From the sequence record PQ850629.1: a stretch of DNA of 46,874 nt. One strand, 5' to 3'. This DNA is from Escherichia phage SusanneMuster_Bas79. The position numbers were made by a program, and so were the translations under genes. The notes under the pieces are model-generated. The model did no database searches and was not told where the DNA came from. It saw nothing but the letters and a program-made list of their open reading frames with translations. Of this stretch, positions 40,761 through 46,874 are shown one piece after another; position 1 is the stretch's first letter; each line of letters begins with the position of its first letter.

Positions 40761-41714
40761 ATGAGATATGACTGGAAGGAAATCGAGCCAAAAATGATCG
40801 GCAACTGGCAGGCTGCCATCATGTCTATCGTCAATGTGGATAGCAGAGTTTTCAATGGCAAGCACCAGCCATGCCCTCATTGCATGGGGGTTGACCGGTT
40901 CCGTTGGGATAATCACTTCGAAACAAAAGGCGATGGCGGCGCAATCTGCAATCAGTGCGGTTCCGGCAGCGGCATGAATTGGCTGATGAAACTCTCCGGA
41001 ATGAGCTTTCCTGAAGCACTGGAGGCGCTTGGTGGATTCCTGAACATGCACCCGCGTGAAAAGCTGGAGGCAATCAGGAAAGAGCTACCGAAGATAAATC
41101 ACAGCGATGACTTCATCACCGAGCAGGAAGTCGCAGCAATCATGGCTAAAACGACTCGTGTCGCGATGAATGAGTGGACTTTGATAAATGGTATTGGTTG
41201 CGACGTTAACGTCACCAGAGGCAAATCTGGAGAACTTATTGCGGTTGAGATGATGCGAGCTGACACAATGAAACTGTGCAACGTGGCATTCATTGGCATG
41301 GATGGTGATTCAATCAGAACGTTTTTCCGCGCAGGATACAACAAGGACTCAGCCATCAACGGCAAACTCACGCGCGGCGCGATAAGCCCAATCGGAGAAG
41401 ACAACGGGAAGTTCATTTACCTGGTATCTGATTATGCCGATGCGTGGAAGTGCCATTACTTCACTGGCGCGCATGTCTGGTGCTGCTGGTCGCCGGAAAA
41501 CATGTGGGAAGTAATGCGCTCTGTTAGCGATGAAACGAAGGCGAGGTTGCGCTGCATAGTTAATTATAAATTCGACGAACTGTGTGCAGCAGAAAACGCA
41601 GGGATTCCGGTGATGCTTCCTGATGATGCCGACACTATCAGGATGGCAAAGAGAATCAGGAGAAAGATTTATGACGCTGGCGAGTTGATAGAGAAAATGT
41701 CAGTTAGAAGATAA
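40761..41714 (+). CDS. DNA primase (zinc-ribbon type)
   Basis: C-x2-C ... C-x2-C zinc-binding region (CPHCMG...CNQCG) near N-terminus; divergent from helicase; ORF track start 40698 is upstream of RBS/ATG 40761. Confidence 0.55.
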   Translation: MRYDWKEIEPKMIGNWQAAIMSIVNVDSRVFNGKHQPCPHCMGVDRFRWDNHFETKGDGGAICNQCGSGSGMNWLMKLSGMSFPEALEALGGFLNMHPREKLEAIRKELPKINHSDDFITEQEVAAIMAKTTRVAMNEWTLINGIGCDVNVTRGKSGELIAVEMMRADTMKLCNVAFIGMDGDSIRTFFRAGYNKDSAINGKLTRGAISPIGEDNGKFIYLVSDYADAWKCHYFTGAHVWCCWSPENMWEVMRSVSDETKARLRCIVNYKFDELCAAENAGIPVMLPDDADTIRMAKRIRRKIYDAGELIEKMSVRR

Positions 41715-41715
41715 A

Positions 41716-41745
41716 AGAAACCCTCCGACTGGAGGGTTTTTGTTA
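41716..41745. terminator. bidirectional rho-independent terminator
   Basis: AAACCCTCC-GACT-GGAGGGTTTTTGTT. Confidence 0.65.
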
Positions 41746-42048
41746 TGCTTTGATGTTAACTTTTATTGCGAACACTTCCACCGGGTCAGGACCGAAATGT
41801 GGGTGGGTGATGGTCTTAACCGTCCATCCATCGTATGGGATATCAATACGCCTGGATTTATCGTCCTTCTTTGGATATCCTTTTGTGATAATTAACCTTT
41901 CGTACTTCCTTCCAATCTGTCCGCTATCTTTAAAGTTAATAAGGCGCTTCTTCCAGTAGTCATTAAAAAGGCGATACTCTTCCGTTTTATCTCCGCGAAT
42001 CATGGCATCGAAGTATTCACCTTTGACGGCAAGTTGCAGGTTAGCCAT
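41743..42048 (-). CDS. ASCH/PUA-like domain protein (putative)
   Basis: MANLQLAVKGEYFDAMIRGDKTEEYR resembles the N-terminal motif of ASCH/DUF3850-type proteins; ATG at 42048. Confidence 0.45.
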   Translation of the reverse strand: MANLQLAVKGEYFDAMIRGDKTEEYRLFNDYWKKRLINFKDSGQIGRKYERLIITKGYPKKDDKSRRIDIPYDGWTVKTITHPHFGPDPVEVFAIKVNIKA

Positions 42049-42304
42049 TATTTCCCTCCAGAATCCAAACTGAATTACCAATACGACTGTTATTTAAATC
42101 CTTTGACACGCGGCCATCCTTACAAAGAGAAATCAGAACCTTCCGTAACTTCGCTGCTGTCCATTCATCATCAGGAAATTCATTCACCATTGATAGACGC
42201 AAACTCCACGTAGCCACTGAGAACTTACGAAAAATTCCAAGTTTCTCCTCCTCAATGGATTTTCTCTTTCTCATCACATATAAAACCTTATCCTTCACAT
42301 CCAT
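42041..42304 (-). CDS. hypothetical protein (87 aa)
   Basis: ORF track entry. Confidence 0.35.
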   Translation of the reverse strand: MDVKDKVLYVMRKRKSIEEEKLGIFRKFSVATWSLRLSMVNEFPDDEWTAAKLRKVLISLCKDGRVSKDLNNSRIGNSVWILEGNNG

Positions 42305-42314
42305 TTCCTTACCC

Positions 42315-42506
42315 TCACTTAATCATCATCTTTGAAATATCAACGTGACCAACACAAAATCTGTGCCAGTAATCATCAAGCATGTGGTAATTAGAGCGAA
42401 TCCATACTTTGTTAATCCGGCTCCAGAAAAACCACGTCGAATAACCATGCGGCCTGAAATGCCATAAACCTTCTGAGCGACAAATTTCGCCTGATATTGT
42501 TCTCAT
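42315..42506 (-). CDS. hypothetical protein (63 aa)
   Basis: ORF track entry, Trp-rich. Confidence 0.3.
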   Translation of the reverse strand: MRTISGEICRSEGLWHFRPHGYSTWFFWSRINKVWIRSNYHMLDDYWHRFCVGHVDISKMMIK

Positions 42507-44059
42507 TTCAACCTCGGATTTATGTGAACAGTATTCCCGATAAATACGCAGTAACCATCCTCTTCAAGTGATGGCAATACACTTGACCTGAGTCGGTCAT
42601 AAATTTTAGGTATCCCTTTGAATGGTCGTACGTTTTTAAGTGAATCATAAAGCCACTTCACCGTTACGTTTGTTTTTCCTTTCTGAGCGGCAGAGCGTAG
42701 CTTTTCGGCAACAACATCAAATTCAGAACGCTCACCAGCATATCCATTTGATTCCACGGCGTCGGTGAATGTTTTTGTTAGTGCGTCATAAACACTGATG
42801 GCGCGACTAATTTCATTTTCACCGATAATCTTTGATTGCTTTCCTCCATCACACCAGTTTTCAGCAGCGTGAAATATTGCTGCCAGACGTATTATTTGCT
42901 TATCAGCTTTACCCATCGCGCCACGAAGAAGGACGTGATCCCACTTACCGCCGGGAAGGAAGTTTTTCTCCCACTGATTTCGTAACAGGCCAATCATTCT
43001 TGCTGAGTCATTGTGAAGCGTCAGTTTTGTTTTTTCTGCTGACACAACATTATGTATAAATCTTGCATATTCCGACCTCAAGCTATCTGGCATTGGCTTG
43101 CTTACAGGGCAATCATTAACCATGTCCCAGTGTTCGCGATAGCCAAGCATTGATTGCTCTCGCAACATCAGGAAACGTTCAGAAAGACCGTTCCCCCTGT
43201 CGCCAGCGGCAAGAATGGCATCAATACTTTCATCCTGCGCAATCACACTTATGTTTCCAAGCACGTAACCAGATGAAACGCCACGACCAACACGAGCAGA
43301 ACCAATGAATCCGCCATCCCAGCCCTTCAGGATGACTTCGGCGTTTGCCTTTCCACCTTCTTTTCCGTAAGAGAGGCCAAGACATGTGTTAAGGACGCTT
43401 GCCTCGTCACTTATCAGATTAAAAAAACCACCTTCATGAATGGCCTGATGCTGGACAGCCTCCGGAGTTGCGTCCGTCAGTGGATATGTGATCGTATAAA
43501 GCTCCTCCAGCTTCTCCTTTTCGCGAGCAATATCATCGCCGATTAGTGCCTTTGCATTCTGATTACTGGCCTCTTTGTATGCCTTCATCAACTCTTCAAT
43601 GCGAAGATTTATTTTTATGATCTGCTTTTCCATCTTTTTGGAAAGGTTGTCATATTCAATCTTCACCGGATTCATGTGCATTGAGTTGATGGCAGTTTTC
43701 CCTGCTGATGGAGGCTGAGAAGTAACCACGTAAAGAGAAACTGGAAGCTCTGAATGGTAATACTCAACGCTAAAGTTTCTCGTCATTGCGCTGGCAACGC
43801 ACCCAAGTAAATGCATGAACGATGTATTTATTGGGAACTGAACAGCACGAGCTGCAGCGATTGCATAACGAGACAGCAAATCTGTTCTGTGCTCACTGGT
43901 CAGTTCTGTTTCTGAGTACGTTACATCACGCTCCTTACCTTCCTTGATATCCAGCCACATATTTGAGCTTGGTGTCATGCCATGATGGAAGGCGACGCGA
44001 GCAGGAGATACTTTCAATTCCCTTGCTTCGTTGAAGATATCTTGAGCTGTGATCATCAT
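42503..44059 (-). CDS. large replication-module protein, possible origin-associated initiator/ATPase
   Basis: 518 aa; P-loop-like PPSAGKT; located next to the iteron-flanked AT-rich region; family not confidently recognised. Confidence 0.4.
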   Translation of the reverse strand: MMITAQDIFNEARELKVSPARVAFHHGMTPSSNMWLDIKEGKERDVTYSETELTSEHRTDLLSRYAIAAARAVQFPINTSFMHLLGCVASAMTRNFSVEYYHSELPVSLYVVTSQPPSAGKTAINSMHMNPVKIEYDNLSKKMEKQIIKINLRIEELMKAYKEASNQNAKALIGDDIAREKEKLEELYTITYPLTDATPEAVQHQAIHEGGFFNLISDEASVLNTCLGLSYGKEGGKANAEVILKGWDGGFIGSARVGRGVSSGYVLGNISVIAQDESIDAILAAGDRGNGLSERFLMLREQSMLGYREHWDMVNDCPVSKPMPDSLRSEYARFIHNVVSAEKTKLTLHNDSARMIGLLRNQWEKNFLPGGKWDHVLLRGAMGKADKQIIRLAAIFHAAENWCDGGKQSKIIGENEISRAISVYDALTKTFTDAVESNGYAGERSEFDVVAEKLRSAAQKGKTNVTVKWLYDSLKNVRPFKGIPKIYDRLRSSVLPSLEEDGYCVFIGNTVHINPRLK

Positions 44060-44295
44060 GAAATCCTTTTTACGTAAACCATATCTTTGTCAGGGTATCC
44101 AACCTTTGTTGAGAATTTCATGCCTTCATTCCTGCGCATGAAATAGTTTAATGCGTTCCTCAGGCTTGCAATACCTCCAAACCTCTTCGAGTCAATCATC
44201 ACAGTCTCCCCTACTGAAACCGCCGACAACCCAGAAAGAGCTGCATTCTTTTTGCCATACTTATCAAGTTTCACAAAATCCTCCAACAGCAACAA
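44056..44295 (-). CDS. hypothetical small protein (start uncertain; track start is TTG)
   Basis: ORF adjacent to iteron region. Confidence 0.35.
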   Translation of the reverse strand: MLLLEDFVKLDKYGKKNAALSGLSAVSVGETVMIDSKRFGGIASLRNALNYFMRRNEGMKFSTKVGYPDKDMVYVKRIS

Positions 44296-44348
44296 ATTAT
44301 GATTGAATCATATCATAAGTATTGAATCATGCAACATCAAATACGACT

Positions 44349-44663
44349 CACGTGGGTAACGTGGGGCAGCCGTGGGGAACATCACCTTCCCCACGAACTT
44401 TTACTCTAAGTATATGTAATATAATATAATTATTATTATTTGGGTTAATGGGTAATATTATTATTCATATTATAGATAGTAATTAACATAATATTAACAA
44501 ATGGATTATTTGAATATATTTATAAGGGGATGGGTATGAAATCTGCCCCTTTTTACCCACGAAAAATAAAAACATTCAAATCAATAATTTACGATGAAAA
44601 ACGTGGGGCAACCAACCTTCCCCACGACCTGCCCCACGAGCAAAAATTTACCCCACGGGCACG
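44349..44663. repeat. iteron-flanked AT-rich region (candidate replication origin / control region)
   Basis: about 9 copies of CCCCACG / CGTGGGG (4 left, 5 right, both orientations) flanking a roughly 120-bp strongly AT-rich core (44400-44520). Confidence 0.6.
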
Positions 44664-44680
44664 TTTTTAACGCATCCCTG

Positions 44681-44711
44681 TTGACGTAGAATCATCGTTG
44701 ATGTAGATTGA
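44681..44711 (+). promoter_or_regulatory. promoter for rightward early genes built from two reversed conserved boxes
   Basis: TTGACGTAGAAT (44681-44692) supplies -35 TTGACG; TGATGTAGATTG (44699-44710) supplies -10 TAGATT with 17-bp spacing; GAGGGTGAAGAG before ATG 44740. Confidence 0.45.
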
Positions 44712-44739
44712 ACTCATCGAAACAAACGAGGGTGAAGAG

Positions 44740-44925
44740 ATGAACAAAGAAAGCACGTACAGCATCGACCAGATGAAGTTGTTCAGCGATATATGCATGG
44801 CATTGTCACAACAGGTTCCAAGTCTACCTGCTGATATGCGCTCAAATGCCATCATTGATGCGGCAAACATGATTTGTGAGGCATATGCTATGACTGAAGA
44901 TGAATATAAGGCATCGAAGAAATGA
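44740..44925 (+). CDS. hypothetical protein (61 aa)
   Basis: ORF track entry with RBS. Confidence 0.4.
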   Translation: MNKESTYSIDQMKLFSDICMALSQQVPSLPADMRSNAIIDAANMICEAYAMTEDEYKASKK

Positions 44926-45017
44926 CAGGCGCATCATTCGAGCTTATCTCCAGTCTGGTTATCGTGGCATTCATCATTATCGCAGTGGCGGTTTCTAAAT
45001 CAGGGTATAAGGAGTAA
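44922..45017 (+). CDS. tiny hydrophobic peptide (31 aa)
   Basis: hand-translated MTGASFELISSLVIVAFIIIAVAVSKSGYKE; ATGA overlap with upstream stop. Confidence 0.25.
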   Translation: MTGASFELISSLVIVAFIIIAVAVSKSGYKE

Positions 45018-45020
45018 CAA

Positions 45021-45203
45021 ATGGCAAAGACTATCTATCGTCGCGAGAAACTGGAGCCTGAACTCGGTCACGTTGGCGCGCAAAACTTTATGAGCAAGCA
45101 GGCACGCAATGCAATGGAATCTATACGCGTGAATCGCGTTGTGCGCGTGTTTAATGGTGAAGGTAAGCGAAGAGTAATGGATGAACTGATTATCGTATTT
45201 TGA
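45021..45203 (+). CDS. hypothetical protein (60 aa, basic)
   Basis: ORF track entry with AAGGAG RBS. Confidence 0.35.
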   Translation: MAKTIYRREKLEPELGHVGAQNFMSKQARNAMESIRVNRVVRVFNGEGKRRVMDELIIVF

Positions 45204-45239
45204 CATCGATTCAGCAGGCTTATTTCTAATGGTGATGAT

Positions 45240-45473
45240 ATGGAAAAAGTAAAAACATACGAGTTCTGGTTTGTGCAGAACAAAATGTATGCAAGCAGGA
45301 CAATCAAGAGAGTCAGCTGGTGGAATAAGTGGTTAATCCTCTCCGGCTGCATCGTGCTGGCAAAGTGCAAATTCAAAGCGATTGACATCACCGGTGAAGA
45401 TGCACTCACAATCGCAAAGATTGAGTTTGAAGAAGATGGCTATTACGAAGAAATTATGGGGGTTAGGGTATGA
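45240..45473 (+). CDS. hypothetical protein (77 aa)
   Basis: ORF track entry. Confidence 0.4.
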   Translation: MEKVKTYEFWFVQNKMYASRTIKRVSWWNKWLILSGCIVLAKCKFKAIDITGEDALTIAKIEFEEDGYYEEIMGVRV

Positions 45474-45748
45474 GTGAAGAATCACGCGGAACAGTAAAAG
45501 CAAAAACATACTCAGTACCGAGAAGCGCAATTCCGCATCCTCCTGATGGTGATGGATATTACGTGACTGTTGTTGAGATTGCTGACTACATGGCCTGCCT
45601 CAACAGAATCACAGAAATGAGCGTCGAAAACTATCACATGAAGAATCGCATTGCAGAGCTTGAGTCTGCATTAAATCGCCATTATGAGTTACCTGACGTT
45701 TATGATATGGCAGTAAAGCAATTCGAAAGCCTGGCTAAAAGTGAATAG
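45470..45748 (+). CDS. hypothetical protein (92 aa)
   Basis: ORF with 4-nt overlap. Confidence 0.4.
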   Translation: MSEESRGTVKAKTYSVPRSAIPHPPDGDGYYVTVVEIADYMACLNRITEMSVENYHMKNRIAELESALNRHYELPDVYDMAVKQFESLAKSE

Positions 45749-45811
45749 CTACCCGTTCATATTAATTATCAGTGCGCTCTATGTGGCGCACGCTTTAGTG
45801 GAGATGTATGG

Positions 45812-46198
45812 ATGAGCAATAGATATATTTATCACTACAACGCAATATCTGTGGGCGGCGCGTCATCAGTGGCTGGCATCGCTCAGTTGACATTCAGAAT
45901 TAAATCGCAAGAAGATGTCGAGATGCTGAAGAGTTTGATTGGCCGTGACGGTTTCACAGCAGTAGCAATCGCATCTCTTTCATATCTCTGGCGAGAGAAT
46001 GATGACGAAGGGTATGACGCAACAAAATTCGACCAGGCGTTTTTGATTAACAAATTCTACGAGCGTTATCCGCTTCCTGAATTTAAGAGTGATTCAGAGC
46101 GAGCAGAGGCACTTGGTTACTTCATGACTGGTGCAGAATTACAGCGACTTGGAAAGTTTATCGAATACAACGATGAGGATGATAGTGATGATTACTAA
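45812..46198 (+). CDS. hypothetical protein (128 aa, acidic C-terminus)
   Basis: ORF track entry. Confidence 0.45.
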   Translation: MSNRYIYHYNAISVGGASSVAGIAQLTFRIKSQEDVEMLKSLIGRDGFTAVAIASLSYLWRENDDEGYDATKFDQAFLINKFYERYPLPEFKSDSERAEALGYFMTGAELQRLGKFIEYNDEDDSDDY

Positions 46199-46298
46199 AC
46201 AACAACGACGCCGCTACACCACTGGCGCTAAAATCTTCCTTACTGTTTATGTGCTGGCACTGGTGGCGGCTATTGCAGGAGTTGTGCATTATGTTTAA
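46188..46298 (+). CDS. small membrane peptide (36 aa)
   Basis: hand-translated MITKQQRRRYTTGAKIFLTVYVLALVAAIAGVVHYV; overlaps both neighbours. Confidence 0.3.
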   Translation: MITKQQRRRYTTGAKIFLTVYVLALVAAIAGVVHYV

Positions 46299-46596
46299 TC
46301 AATTATCTGATTTTTATAAAGCATATTCAGACTGGGTTGCCGCTGGCGCAACAGAAGGCAAACCATTTAGCCGTCACGTCGGGCTTTGTGGCTCTATTTT
46401 TCTTTACCTTTCTATGAAAGGATATCCAATAAAAGATAGAAAAATTACTCTTGAGATGATGCGAGCGCAGTTTGTTAAGGCTGGTCTTGACCGTGAGTAC
46501 CCGTTTAATAACCAAAAGAACCCATACCGTATGGAAAGCATTAATGGGCTGATTCACACCAACAAGAATCGCATCCAGTGGGTTAAAAAGGAGTAG
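46291..46596 (+). CDS. hypothetical protein (101 aa)
   Basis: ATG 46291 preceded by GGAG; ORF track start 46249 lies upstream in the same frame. Confidence 0.45.
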   Translation: MFNQLSDFYKAYSDWVAAGATEGKPFSRHVGLCGSIFLYLSMKGYPIKDRKITLEMMRAQFVKAGLDREYPFNNQKNPYRMESINGLIHTNKNRIQWVKKE

Positions 46597-46768
46597 TGCA
46601 TTATGTTTAACGATATCAGTGACGCAATGCAAAACATGTGGGAATGATACTGGAACAGCATGAAGACGTGTCACTACATGATGGTACAGATAGGTAATTA
46701 CATTGAGGTTGTGCCTGATACTGGTGTTCACAACATTAAGTGCATGTGTTCTACGAGGGCTTTTGCGA

Positions 46769-46874
46769 ATGCAAACAACTAAGCAGAAAGTCTGGCAACT
46801 CGCCAAACAACACGAATTAGACGATTTCATCGCGAAGGTTGCAAAGACATTCCCTGACGCGCTTGAAGTCGTTC
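46769..46874 (+). CDS. hypothetical protein, 3'-truncated by window edge
   Basis: ATG 46769 then open frame (MQTTKQKVWQLAKQHELDDFIAKVAKTFPDALEVV...) running off the end. Confidence 0.3.
   Translation, partial: MQTTKQKVWQLAKQHELDDFIAKVAKTFPDALEVV

Noticed and set aside
46327-46830. 167-aa minus-strand ORF at the right edge
   Set aside because: Antisense to + strand ORFs that have ribosome-binding sites and fit the surrounding rightward gene block; no promoter or terminator context on the minus strand.

Overview
This window reads as a densely coded, highly mosaic segment of a tailed siphovirus-like enterobacterial phage; the layout is reminiscent of Jersey/K1G-type phages, but that is inference from gene content and no search was run. 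Left to right it carries an HNH endonuclease, small and large terminase, portal and a Mu-F/SPP1-gp7-type head morphogenesis protein, then a lysis cassette (lambda-R-type transglycosylase with Rz and embedded Rz1), prohead protease/scaffold, major capsid protein, neck proteins, major tail protein, tape measure, tail-tip proteins and a beta-helix tailspike. A leftward replication/recombination module follows (SSB, Sak4-like ATPase, PD-(D/E)XK exonuclease, HNH-AP2 endonuclease, VRR-NUC, SF2 helicase), then a rightward primase and a block of small early-type genes. The structural cluster is interrupted several times by self-contained accessory cassettes bounded by hairpin terminators and promoter regions. 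The items most worth a second look are: (1) a leftward operon between the capsid and neck genes encoding a truncated DnaN-like sliding-clamp protein, a C5-cytosine methyltransferase and a ParB/Srx-domain protein; (2) a 10-12 bp box (AATCTAC[G/A][T/C]CA) recurring at essentially every promoter region; (3) an AT-rich core flanked by about nine CCCCACG/CGTGGGG iterons next to the replication genes; (4) a 0.7 kb ORF-free, inverted-repeat-rich region upstream of the major tail gene; (5) a four-gene leftward moron with a superinfection-immunity-type membrane protein inside the tail module; (6) a degenerate lysozyme-like ORF overlapping the intact endolysin. No tRNA, CRISPR array, integrase or repressor was recognised, and no DNA polymerase gene is present. 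Both window edges cut or abut ORFs, so this is probably not a complete genome. Gene starts are approximate because the ORF track renders alternative start codons as M. All family assignments come from motif recognition by eye and synteny.
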